In this document: positions 1 to 9,379 of the stretch, one piece after another
Layout of the letters: the number at the start of each line of letters is the position of its first letter
Numbering within the stretch: position 1 is the first letter of the stretch
Source of the DNA: a virus
Strand: one strand, 5' to 3'
Virus record (IMG/VR): IMGVR_UViG_3300042503_001430
Coordinates: 1-64,000 of that record
DNA: 64,000 nucleotides
The notes under the pieces: model-generated
The model's database searches: none
Told to the model about the DNA's origin: nothing
The model's input: only the letters and a program-made list of their open reading frames with translations
Made by a program: the position numbers and the translations under genes

Positions 1-1
1 A

Positions 2-67
2 ACTGGTGCTCTCAACAATGGTGAGAACCGCTACTACCGTAAGATTACTATCGAGAACCTTCTCTAA
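2..67 (+). CDS. gp23: 3' end of major capsid protein gp23 (partial)
   Basis: Frame 2 reads TGALNNGENRYYRKITIENLL*, resembling the T4-like gp23 C-terminus (N.YYR.....NL). It is followed by a strong terminator and a gp3-like gene. Confidence 0.8.
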   Translation, partial: TGALNNGENRYYRKITIENLL

Positions 68-95
68 TTCGTTAGAGATTTCTCAGTAATCCAAG

Positions 96-122
96 AAAAA
101 GGGTCCTTCGGGACCCTTTTTT
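96..122 (+). terminator. Rho-independent terminator with C(UUCG)G tetraloop
   Basis: AAAAAGGGTCC-TTCG-GGACCCTTTTTT. A second hairpin TCTCTAA-TTCG-TTAGAGA at 61-78 overlaps the gp23 stop. Confidence 0.9.
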
Positions 123-191
123 GTGGCTTGGATTTTGTGTTCCAAAACGATTTTTTAATTTCGGCTTGATTCTGGTCCAGAGTACAGGTAT

Positions 192-199
192 CATAAATA
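192..199 (+). promoter_or_regulatory. T4-type late promoter (CATAAATA)
   Basis: Variant of the gp55-dependent TATAAATA, 30 nt upstream of the gp3-like gene. The TAAATA core recurs before many late-type genes (2595, 4108, 26931, 31061, 34511, 52129, 55575, 56797). Confidence 0.65.
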
Positions 200-228
200 T
201 ATGATAACAATATCAATTACAGCAGCTT

Positions 229-786
229 ATGTCAATCACTGATCTTAAAAGCAGAAATTTTCAGTCGCCGTTGACATTCGACTTTCGAGTAGATCGACTT
301 GTTGATTTCAATTTCTTCGTACAGAAGATCAACATACCATCACTCAACATCGCATCTGTTACGGGTGCTACGCCGTTCGTAAACATACCATACCCAGGCG
401 ATCACATGAACTTTGGCGAACTCTCAATCGACTTCAAAGTTGATGAGGGTATGCGTAATTGGTTCGAGATCTTTTCGTGGATGCAAGGTATTGCTTTCCC
501 AGAAAATCAAGCACAGTATGGTGCGCTCAAACGAGGTGCAATCAAGAACCTCGATGGTCAGAAGAGAACCACAATCACTCCACGAGCGAACGGCGACCTG
601 TACGGTCAAGGTGTTCTTCTCATCAACTCTAGTGCAAACAACCCTAGTGTTGCAATCAAGTTTGTAGATTTACATCCAGTAAGTTTGAGCGAAGCTGTAT
701 TTGACACTACCGACCAAGACGTTGCGTATGTGACATGCACAGTTTCTTTTAAGTATGACTATTTCACAGTAGAAAAGATCGGGTAA
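229..786 (+). CDS. gp3: Tail tube terminator/tail completion protein (gp3-like, tail-tube fold)
   Basis: NFQSP..F.F, FFVQK.NIP, PGD.MNFG.L.I.F.VDE...NW.EI..WM, F.DL.P.SLS and F.Y.YF motifs; position between gp23 and uvsY. Confidence 0.8.
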   Translation: MSITDLKSRNFQSPLTFDFRVDRLVDFNFFVQKINIPSLNIASVTGATPFVNIPYPGDHMNFGELSIDFKVDEGMRNWFEIFSWMQGIAFPENQAQYGALKRGAIKNLDGQKRTTITPRANGDLYGQGVLLINSSANNPSVAIKFVDLHPVSLSEAVFDTTDQDVAYVTCTVSFKYDYFTVEKIG

Positions 787-790
787 AACT

Positions 791-1150
791 ATGGCACAAA
801 GACAGACCAAACGAAGAAAGACTCCAAAGAGAATCAAGATTGGCTATCTTGACTTCAAGCTTATGCCACGCTCGAAGAAGTGGAGCGTTAAGCACAAAGC
901 TGTAGGTATGTGTGTGCCTGAACTTGGTCACATAGCATACCTATCGAAGCAGAAGAAGTCTGAGATCGTTAATACGATTCTACATGAGATGCTCCATGGC
1001 GTTGTGTACATGTTTGACATCAATTTCAGAAATCTTCGAGAAGAAGAGCGAGTTGTCAGAAAGATGGCAAACGGTCTACACACCGTACTCAAAGACAACC
1101 CACATTTCTTAGAGTGGGTAATGCAAAATTCAAACGTAGACGATGAGTAA
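791..1150 (+). CDS. Small zincin-like metallopeptidase (HExxH)
   Basis: NTILHEMLHG followed by EE..V...ANGL..VL.DNP. Confidence 0.6.
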   Translation: MAQRQTKRRKTPKRIKIGYLDFKLMPRSKKWSVKHKAVGMCVPELGHIAYLSKQKKSEIVNTILHEMLHGVVYMFDINFRNLREEERVVRKMANGLHTVLKDNPHFLEWVMQNSNVDDE

Positions 1151-1400
1151 AGCACCTGAGTGGATTGCAAACCTAGTAGTAGGCGATTCAATCGTCGTGT
1201 GTTTTCCATACACGGGTAACACTATATTTGCAGAGGTGGTTCAGAACTGCCCTGATAATTACAACTACGCAAACACTTTTGGAACACTCACCGTCAAGTA
1301 TACCTGGAAAAATGTTGAGCGTACTGAAGATTTACTGTATGATGATTACAGTAACAGTATTGAGTTCCAGAATAACTGGTACGCATATCGAGTAACCTGA
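1143..1400 (+). CDS. Hypothetical protein
   Basis: 85-aa ORF overlapping the upstream stop, packed in the operon. Confidence 0.5.
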   Translation: MSKAPEWIANLVVGDSIVVCFPYTGNTIFAEVVQNCPDNYNYANTFGTLTVKYTWKNVERTEDLLYDDYSNSIEFQNNWYAYRVT

Positions 1401-1416
1401 TTCTATCACCTACATT

Positions 1417-1848
1417 ATGAAACTTGAAGAAATTGAAGCTCTCTGGGAACAAGACGTAAAGATCGATAGAACAGATCTCGATTCTGAGAGTCTTAAAATA
1501 CCCACCCTTCATCAGAAATACTACAAGCTATACCTGAGAGAGAAGGTGCAATTAAAAGCTGAAGAACAAGCGTATAAGCAGTTTTACAAGCTCAAGCACG
1601 AGTACTACACAGGTAAGATGTCAAAGAGCGAATTGGATGAATATGGATGGGAACCATTTCAATTCGTACTCAAGAACGATCTTCAAGTCTACATGGAAGC
1701 AGACAAAGAGATTGCAGAGCGATTGCTCAAGATGAGCGTACAGAAAGAGAAGGTACAATTCTTAGAAGACATCATCAAGACTCTCAACACCCGTGGTTTC
1801 CTAATCAAAAATGCGATAGACTACATTCGATGGACTAATGGTAATTAA
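1417..1848 (+). CDS. uvsY: Recombination mediator UvsY
   Basis: W..D.KID...L..ESLKIP.LH.KY, K.EYYTGK, R.F.IKNAID..RW..G; upstream of uvsW. Confidence 0.9.
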   Translation: MKLEEIEALWEQDVKIDRTDLDSESLKIPTLHQKYYKLYLREKVQLKAEEQAYKQFYKLKHEYYTGKMSKSELDEYGWEPFQFVLKNDLQVYMEADKEIAERLLKMSVQKEKVQFLEDIIKTLNTRGFLIKNAIDYIRWTNGN

Positions 1849-2551
1849 AACTATAGTGTTTGTATTTTCCAGTTCTTTGAATTGACATATACACAGCACT
1901 GTATTTGTATCCTTTCATTTCACACCACAGCTTCAATGATTTTGGTCGCTCTTTGGCGTTATTTGTGTTGTCTAGTATTTCTACAGGGCGTATTGTCGAT
2001 CTTTTGATTCCGGCTTGAGCTTTAGATATGTTTGCTCTTCCAATTTCACTTCTTTTCTTACCTCTCATCGTCATGGACATCTTTAACTTAGTCTCTTCCG
2101 AGTGGCGCCTACCCTTTTGAGAAAGACTCATCTTTAACCGAGTTTCTTCTGTATGTTTATATCCAAGAGATGATTTGTTTCCCATATTTGCTTGGGATAT
2201 TTTTCTCTTAGTCTCTTCTTTATGTTTGTATCCTAGAAGACCATCACCACCTTGTGTCATGTTATATCCATTCGTATATTGTGTCTGATACTTTTCTATC
2301 AACACCATCTCATGCCGTTTGGCTTCGACCTCATCATTAGTCTCCAAAACTATTTCCCATAACCACTCTTCGGGTTTGTATTTCCTCAATGCTCTGTGGA
2401 ATAGTAGCTGGCTGTTATGTTTCGCTGCATGATAGTGGTAGTATTGTCTTTGCTGTAGAGTTAGAGATGATATTCCAACATACCTCTTTTTGGTAGTAGT
2501 GTTGGTGACAAGATACACTATGGTATTGTGAGGTGACATACTATCACTCAC
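1835..2551 (-). mobile_element. Free-standing GIY-YIG homing endonuclease with NUMOD3 repeats (Seg-like)
   Basis: IVYLVTN....KRYVG, E..LI, NGYNMTQGGDG and repeated H(K/T/S)EET(K/R).K(I/M)S units. It sits antisense between uvsY and uvsW, overlaps the uvsY 3' end by 14 bp, and has TATAAATG at its start on the minus strand. Confidence 0.88.
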
Positions 2552-2631
2552 ATTTATAAGAGTTCTCTATCAAAACCAGCATCTTTTTTAGCACCTAAAT
2601 ATCCAAAATGGATTTGTGCTGAATTAGGTGC

Positions 2632-4107
2632 ATGGAGAAAATCGTACTAACCAAAATCAATGAAGTTTACTTTCAGCTTTCTTGCGATTCGGGTATCGCA
2701 CGTGAGGTGTCAGAGTTCTTTAGCTTCTTTGTACCTGGTTACAAGTTCATGCCAGCATACAAGATGAGAATGTGGGACGGTAAACTTCGTCTCTTCAATC
2801 TCATGAACTACACCCTCTACATTGGCTTACTCGACTACTTGAAAGAATTCTGTAGGTCTCGCTCATATACCCTTGAGGTAGACCCAAAATTGGTTGAGAA
2901 GAATCAGTTCTCGTTAGACGATACAAAAGCTTTTCTTGAATCGTTAGAGCTTCCATTTGAAGCAAGAGACTATCAGGCACAAGCAATTCAAAACGCAATT
3001 CAGACCAATCGAACACTGCTCTTGTCGCCGACTGGTTCTGGCAAATCACTGATAATCTATGCACTAGCACGATACTACAACCGAAAGACACTAATAATAG
3101 TACCCACCATATCGCTTGTTTCACAAATGTTCTCCGATTTCAAAGAGTATGCTAAAAACCAATCGACGTTCTCTGTCGATAAAACATGTCACCCAATATA
3201 CAGCGGACAAGAAAAAATCACAAACAAAAAAGTCGTCATCTCAACATGGCAATCGATATACAAACTACCGAAAGAATGGTTTGCACAATTCGATGTCGTC
3301 ATCGGTGACGAAGTGCATCTGTTCAAAGCAAAGTCGCTCACTGGTATCATGTCTAAGCTTGAAAATACAAAGTATAGATTCGGTACAACAGGCACACTAG
3401 ATGGAACACAAACACACAAGCTAGTGTTAGAAGGACTTTTCGGTAGAACATTCTCAGTAACCACTACAAAAAAATTGATCGAGAAGAAACAGCTTGCTGA
3501 TTTGAAAATCGAGTGTGTTGTTCTCAAGTATGATCCGAGTGTATGCAAGCAGATTAAGAAAGTCAAGTATAATGATGAAATAAAATTTCTTGTTGAAAAT
3601 CAGAAACGAAACAACTTCATCAGAAACCTTGCAGTCAACACAAAATCGAATTGTCTCGTGCTTTTTCAATTTGTCGATTCTCACGGAAAAATACTCTACG
3701 AGATGATCAAAGAAAAGGCACACAGCATAGATCCAAACAGAAAGGTGTTCTTCGTTTCTGGACAAACAGACGCTGACACACGAGAAGAGATCAGAAACAT
3801 TACCGAGAACGAGCGTAATGCAATCATCGTCGCATCGACAGGTGTGTTCAGTACGGGTGTGAACATTCGTAATCTGGAGAACATCATCTTCGCATCACCA
3901 ACCAAGTCGAGAATCAAAACACTTCAATCGATTGGTCGTACACTTCGTATTGGAGATCACTCAGACAAAGCAACACTCTATGACATCGTAGATGATCTAA
4001 CCGACAAGTCTTACAAGAATTTTGCGGTGAAGCACTTCTTAGAGCGAGTGAAGATTTACAATGAAGAGAAGTTCAAATACAAGCTCCACAAGGTGAATTT
4101 GTTCTAG
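2632..4107 (+). CDS. uvsW: RNA-DNA/DNA helicase UvsW (SF2)
   Basis: WDGKLRLF, SPTGSGKS, GDEVH, TGT, FSTGVNI, LQSIGR.LR. Confidence 0.95.
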   Translation: MEKIVLTKINEVYFQLSCDSGIAREVSEFFSFFVPGYKFMPAYKMRMWDGKLRLFNLMNYTLYIGLLDYLKEFCRSRSYTLEVDPKLVEKNQFSLDDTKAFLESLELPFEARDYQAQAIQNAIQTNRTLLLSPTGSGKSLIIYALARYYNRKTLIIVPTISLVSQMFSDFKEYAKNQSTFSVDKTCHPIYSGQEKITNKKVVISTWQSIYKLPKEWFAQFDVVIGDEVHLFKAKSLTGIMSKLENTKYRFGTTGTLDGTQTHKLVLEGLFGRTFSVTTTKKLIEKKQLADLKIECVVLKYDPSVCKQIKKVKYNDEIKFLVENQKRNNFIRNLAVNTKSNCLVLFQFVDSHGKILYEMIKEKAHSIDPNRKVFFVSGQTDADTREEIRNITENERNAIIVASTGVFSTGVNIRNLENIIFASPTKSRIKTLQSIGRTLRIGDHSDKATLYDIVDDLTDKSYKNFAVKHFLERVKIYNEEKFKYKLHKVNLF

Positions 4108-4135
4108 CATAAATAATTAAGAGAGGTACCACATC

Positions 4136-4582
4136 ATGTCAACACCAAGTCTCAAAGTTATCAAGTTAGTCTCAGGTGACGAAATCATCGGGGTTGTGCA
4201 AGATGGAGCAACCGAAACAAATACTGATGATGGATACACTCTCGACAATCTGCTATTCGTGACAAATCCAATGAAGGTGGTTTCTGAGTATGATCCAACA
4301 GCGAAGGTTCATGCACTCTACCTCATCGATTGGATTCCTGCAATTAGAGACACGACACTGCCACTCGACAAGCAGCGAGTGATTACACTTGGTGATCCAA
4401 ACAAGAATCTTGAAGCACACTACATCGATCTCGTTCTCATGGACAAACTCTACGAACAACTCACCGAAGCTGAGTCAACTGGTGACATCGAAGATGATCT
4501 TTCACCAGAAGAGCGTGTTGAGAAGCACAAGTTGAGCGAGAAGCTTAAAAAGCACAAATTCGAAGACGACGACATACAATAA
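4136..4582 (+). CDS. Conserved T4-like hypothetical protein (Sm-like N-terminus)
   Basis: KVIKLVSGDEIIG...NPM...W motif; usual position after uvsW; late promoter CATAAATA at 4108. Confidence 0.6.
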   Translation: MSTPSLKVIKLVSGDEIIGVVQDGATETNTDDGYTLDNLLFVTNPMKVVSEYDPTAKVHALYLIDWIPAIRDTTLPLDKQRVITLGDPNKNLEAHYIDLVLMDKLYEQLTEAESTGDIEDDLSPEERVEKHKLSEKLKKHKFEDDDIQ

Positions 4583-5016
4583 TGGTCCTTTTTCTGGTAG
4601 TGAAACCAGTACGTTACAATACCCGCTTTTAATGAGATTAACGATTCTGAGTCATGACACGTCCTCGTTCCTTTAAGTATCAATAGGATTAGCCGTTTGG
4701 ATGCTTCAGAAGGTTTGAGTAGGGGTGTTTCAGTCATCCATACTGAAAAACAGTATAGTGTTTGAAAAAAACTTTTCTTCAGTTTCAACCCCTTAAAAGC
4801 TCCACTAAACTTTTTTCTCTGGAACCCTCCAATACCCCTCTTGGAATGATATATACGAGTGTAGCTCGTTGCATAATCGATTCCGTAATCTATTAGTATT
4901 CTTTTAGTAAAGCGTTAATAGGAGGACTTTCAAGGTTCTCTTTCTTTTTCTACTCAGCGTAGATCATCCACTCACAAAAAAGTTTACATTCACATTAAAT
5001 GTGTTAGTGTATACTG

Positions 5017-5601
5017 ATGGTAAAGCAAGAGACTTCTAAACGAAAACTTCACTACGTCAACAACCCAGAGTTTCTGAAAGAAATGAAACTGCATATTGCT
5101 GCGGTGAAGAAAGCAAAGAAACTAGGAAAACCAGCACCACAGATTTCAAACTACATCGGTGAGTGTATTGTTTCGATTGCAAACAAGCTTGCTAATAAAC
5201 CAAACTTCGTGAACTACCCCTTTCGAGAAGAGATGATCTCAGACGGCATCGAGAACTCTCTTCAGTACTTGAACAACTTTAATCCAAAGAAGTCATCAAA
5301 TCCATTCGCATACTTCACACAGATCATTTACTTCGCTTTCGTAAGACGTATTGAACGAGAGAAGAAACACCTTGCAACCAAGTATCGCATCATCGAAGAA
5401 TCGCTCATAGACTTATCACAAGAAGATGGCATAAATTCTAGTCAGAAGTATGGTAGTGACTATGCTGATCTGAACATGCATGAGTTCTTACAGAATTTTG
5501 AAAAGAGACAAGAAGAGAAGAAGCGCAAGATCAAGTCAAACAAGAAGAAGACTGCAAAGAAAGTCGGCTTCGAAAAGATTATCGAAACACTTGATGAGTA
5601 A
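5017..5601 (+). CDS. gp55: Late sigma factor gp55
   Basis: HYVNN.EF, YIGEC...IA, NF.NY.FREEMISDGIEN, NPFAYFTQI...AF.RRI..EKK. Confidence 0.95.
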   Translation: MVKQETSKRKLHYVNNPEFLKEMKLHIAAVKKAKKLGKPAPQISNYIGECIVSIANKLANKPNFVNYPFREEMISDGIENSLQYLNNFNPKKSSNPFAYFTQIIYFAFVRRIEREKKHLATKYRIIEESLIDLSQEDGINSSQKYGSDYADLNMHEFLQNFEKRQEEKKRKIKSNKKKTAKKVGFEKIIETLDE

Positions 5602-5929
5602 GAGACATATTTGGTCATCGCAAATGGACGACACCACGAAACGAGAGAAGCTGTTAGACAGTCTGTATCGTCACTGTCAGATTAGAACATCCACTTCCAG
5701 AGAAGTGTTTGACAAGATTGTTGCAGATATTGGTTTAATTGGAACTGCACACATTGTTGATCAAGCTACAGAAATCATCAGACCATACAAAAACACTGGA
5801 ATAAATCTTGAATCCACAATCGATTTGTTGTATGATTTATTTTACCCGACTAAGAAAGTCGAGAATTCATCAGCAACACCACCTGGTACTGATGAGTATA
5901 ACATGGATTGGGACCCGAATAGCCCGTAA
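5594..5929 (+). CDS. Hypothetical protein
   Basis: ATG overlaps the gp55 3' end; the ORF fills the gap to gp47. Confidence 0.5.
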   Translation: MSKRHIWSSQMDDTTKREKLLDSLYRHCQIRTSTSREVFDKIVADIGLIGTAHIVDQATEIIRPYKNTGINLESTIDLLYDLFYPTKKVENSSATPPGTDEYNMDWDPNSP

Positions 5930-5935
5930 CGAATA

Positions 5936-7018
5936 ATGAAAGTTGCGATAATTACAGACACGCATTCTGGTGCTGGTAACGACAGTCACGCTATGAACGA
6001 ATACTTTCTTCGGTTTTACGAAGAGATATTCTTTCCGTACTTGAAAGACAACAACATCAAGACAGTGTTGCACCTTGGTGACGTATTCGATAGACGAAAG
6101 TACATCAACTTTCACACTCTACACTCATGGCAGAAACGAGTCTTCGAACCACTCAACAACATGTGTGATCGTGTCGATATTCTGATTGGTAATCATGACA
6201 CGTACTACAAGAACACGAATGCTATCAACAGCGTTGAAGAGCTTCTAAAGGTATACGACAAGTTCAACATTTATGCTGAACCATCAGAAGTTGTTCTTGA
6301 TACCCACAAGGTTCTCTACCTACCGTGGATCTGTGAAGACAACCAAGAGCGTTCTCTCAAGATGCTTGAAGAGTCTAGTGCAAAATTCTGTATGGGTCAT
6401 CTTGAGCTTATCGGGTTTGAGATGCATGCCGGTCATTTGAATGTTGATAAAGGTCTGCGTAGTGAACTGTTCGACAAGTTCTACATGACATTCTCTGGTC
6501 ACTTTCACTGCAAATCAAGCAGAGGTGGTATTCACTACCTTGGTTCACCATACCCTATGATGTGGGGTGATTATGGTAACAGTCGTGGGTTTCATGTACT
6601 CGACACAGAAACGCTTGAGCTTACGTTTGTTGAGAACCCAATTCAGATTTACCAGAAGATTTACTACAACGACACGAACGAGACGTTCGAAGAATTGATG
6701 GCAAAAGACTACTCGAAGATTACGGGCATGTTCGTCAAGGTCATCGTTCAGAAGAAGAACAACCCATACTGGTTTGATCAATTTTTAGAGAATCTGCATA
6801 AGCACAACCCTTGCGACATATCAGTGATCGAAGCTTCGTTTGAAGAGCTTTCAAGCGAAGATGAAACATTTGATGAGACTAAAGATACACTCACGATTCT
6901 CAAAGAGTGTGTCGATACATTAGAAATTGGTACGCACAAAAATCAGCTAAATGATTTACTGCGAGACTTGTATATCGAAGCACTCAATTCTAATGAGCAA
7001 GTGCAGGGTTCGGGATGA
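5936..7018 (+). CDS. gp47: Recombination endonuclease subunit gp47 (Mre11/SbcD-like)
   Basis: Metallophosphoesterase motifs DTH, LGDVFD, GNHD, GH, SGHFH. Confidence 0.95.
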   Translation: MKVAIITDTHSGAGNDSHAMNEYFLRFYEEIFFPYLKDNNIKTVLHLGDVFDRRKYINFHTLHSWQKRVFEPLNNMCDRVDILIGNHDTYYKNTNAINSVEELLKVYDKFNIYAEPSEVVLDTHKVLYLPWICEDNQERSLKMLEESSAKFCMGHLELIGFEMHAGHLNVDKGLRSELFDKFYMTFSGHFHCKSSRGGIHYLGSPYPMMWGDYGNSRGFHVLDTETLELTFVENPIQIYQKIYYNDTNETFEELMAKDYSKITGMFVKVIVQKKNNPYWFDQFLENLHKHNPCDISVIEASFEELSSEDETFDETKDTLTILKECVDTLEIGTHKNQLNDLLRDLYIEALNSNEQVQGSG

Positions 7019-8727
7019 TAATCTTCAAAACGATTCGATGGAAAAACCTTCTATCAACGGGTAACAACTTCACCGAGATTAAACTGAATGACAAGCACAG
7101 TACTATCTTGCTTGGTCAATCAGGTAGCGGCAAGAGCACACTGCTCGACGCTATTGCATTTGCGTTGTTCAACCGACCATTTCGTAACATCAACAAGAAC
7201 CAACTCGTCAACATGGTGAATGGCAAGAACTGTCTTGTTGAGGTTGAGTTTGCTATTGGTTCGCAAGAGTACATGATTCGACGTGGTATCAAACCTACCG
7301 TGTTTGAGATTTTCTGCGATAACGTACTTGTCAATCAAGACTCTCATTCTAAAGACTACCAACAGTACCTTGAGCGAAACATTCTCAAGTTCAACTTCAA
7401 AGCATTTACCCAGATCATCGTGCTTGGTGCTTCTAACTTTACACCATTCATGCAGCTCAAACCAGCAGACAGACGAGTGATTATTGAAGGTCTTCTCGAC
7501 ATTGAGATTTTCTCTGTCATGAACACACTACTCAAACAGCGAGCATCAACTCTGAAGCAGTCTATACAAGAGAATGAGTTTACCGCATCGATTGTCAAAG
7601 AGAAGATCAGCATACAGGAGAAGTATATCAGTGACATCTCGAAAGATAAAGAAGAGAAGATACAAGAAAATCTAGCTCTCATCGAAAAGCATAAAGCTGA
7701 CATCGAACAGATTCGTGGTGAGAATGAGCAATCTCGTGATGTGATTCGTGACCTTCAGCAGAAGATCAACTTCAAAGATGAAGTTCTCACACAGATCGAT
7801 AAGATCAAAGACATCAAGAGTAAGCTCGATTCGAACGTGAAGAAGACGAAGCGAGAGATTACGTTCTATGAAGAGAACCATACATGTCCAACTTGCTCTC
7901 AAGACATTCCAGATTCGTTCAAGCTTGTAGAGATCAAGAAGAAGGGTGACAAGATTCAAGAGTGGCAAACAGGTCTCGCAGATGCTGAAACTGCACTCAC
8001 ACGTTTCATCACTCGTATGGAAGAAGTCAAAAATGTCGAAGATGAAATCGATAAGATCAACTACCAGATTGGCAAAAACGAGAGTGTCATTAGCGGTATC
8101 AATCAGTTCATCAAGAAGCTTGCACAGAACACCATAGAGCTTAAAGAACAGCAATCAGCACCGAGCGATAAGAGTGAAGAACTTCAGAAGCTCACCGAAG
8201 AGGGCGTTCGATTAGAATCTCAGCGTGAGCAATTCTCAATACAGAAGAACGTACAAGACCTTGCAACCATGCTGCTCAAAGATAATGGCGTTAAAGCACG
8301 TATCATCAAGCAGTACTTACCACTGATTAACAAGCACACCAACGTGTTCTTGAATGCGATGAATTTCTTCGTATCGTTTCATATCGATGAAGAGTTCAAT
8401 GAGAGTATCAAGTCTCGTGGTCGTGATGATTTCTCATATGAAAACTTCTCTGAGGGTGAGAAGCAAAGAATCGATCTAGCACTTCTGTTCACATGGCGCA
8501 CGATTGCCAAAATGAAGAACAGCGTGAATACAAACCTTCTCATTATGGATGAAGTTTTGGATAGTTACTTGGACACGAGCGCAACCGAGAATGTTCTTGC
8601 GTTGCTAAATTCTGACATGTTCAAAGACACAAACGTATTTGTGATTTCCCACAAAGAAACAATTTCTGACAAGTTCCAGAAAACTATTCGCTTTACAAAG
8701 AACAAAAATTTTAGTAACATTATCTGA
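7015..8727 (+). CDS. gp46: Recombination ATPase subunit gp46 (Rad50/SbcC-like)
   Basis: GQSGSGKST, CPTC zinc hook, FSEGEKQR signature, LLIMDE, ISH. Confidence 0.95.
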   Translation: MIIFKTIRWKNLLSTGNNFTEIKLNDKHSTILLGQSGSGKSTLLDAIAFALFNRPFRNINKNQLVNMVNGKNCLVEVEFAIGSQEYMIRRGIKPTVFEIFCDNVLVNQDSHSKDYQQYLERNILKFNFKAFTQIIVLGASNFTPFMQLKPADRRVIIEGLLDIEIFSVMNTLLKQRASTLKQSIQENEFTASIVKEKISIQEKYISDISKDKEEKIQENLALIEKHKADIEQIRGENEQSRDVIRDLQQKINFKDEVLTQIDKIKDIKSKLDSNVKKTKREITFYEENHTCPTCSQDIPDSFKLVEIKKKGDKIQEWQTGLADAETALTRFITRMEEVKNVEDEIDKINYQIGKNESVISGINQFIKKLAQNTIELKEQQSAPSDKSEELQKLTEEGVRLESQREQFSIQKNVQDLATMLLKDNGVKARIIKQYLPLINKHTNVFLNAMNFFVSFHIDEEFNESIKSRGRDDFSYENFSEGEKQRIDLALLFTWRTIAKMKNSVNTNLLIMDEVLDSYLDTSATENVLALLNSDMFKDTNVFVISHKETISDKFQKTIRFTKNKNFSNII

Positions 8728-8728
8728 T

Positions 8729-9379
8729 ATGACAGATACTTCTGATCGAGAAAGGTATTTCATGACAAATGAACCGAAGGTCAAAAATGCAATAGTCGTA
8801 AATGAGTTCACTGAGTATGGTGTTAAGTGCTTCAAGAGTGACTTTGACGACTTGAACAACAGCAGTCTTCCTATTATTCCTATCTTAATCGATAGTTTTG
8901 GTGGTGAAGTGTATTCACTTCTTGCGATGCTTGACATCATGTCAACCGCAGTAAAACCGATAGCTACCGTTGCTCTTGGTAAAGCGATGAGTTGCGGCAG
9001 TATTCTTTTAGCATGTGGTTCACCAGGTCTGCGATTTGTTGGTGAACACTCTACAGTAATGGTGCATGACGTAGCTACAGTGTCGTTCGGTAAAATCGAA
9101 GAACTCAAAGCAGATGTCGGCGAGGGTGAGCGACTGAATAACAAAATATTCGAAATGCTCGACGACAGATGTGGAAAAAAGAAAGGACACTTTCAGAAGA
9201 TAGTTGCTGAGAAGAAACACGCAAACTGGTACCTCGATTCTGCTGATGTACTCAATCACGGTATAGCTGATCATATTGGTATGCCTGTTATTGATTCTGC
9301 GTTTAATGTTGATGTGATCAAACATGAAAAAGTGGTTCTACGAAAGAAACGACGAGCTTCTAAAAAGTCCAGTAAATAA
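8729..9379 (+). CDS. clpP: ClpP-family protease
   Basis: IDSFGGEVY, GKAMSCGS (catalytic Ser), MVHD (His), W.L...D....G.AD.I. Confidence 0.85.
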   Translation: MTDTSDRERYFMTNEPKVKNAIVVNEFTEYGVKCFKSDFDDLNNSSLPIIPILIDSFGGEVYSLLAMLDIMSTAVKPIATVALGKAMSCGSILLACGSPGLRFVGEHSTVMVHDVATVSFGKIEELKADVGEGERLNNKIFEMLDDRCGKKKGHFQKIVAEKKHANWYLDSADVLNHGIADHIGMPVIDSAFNVDVIKHEKVVLRKKRRASKKSSK

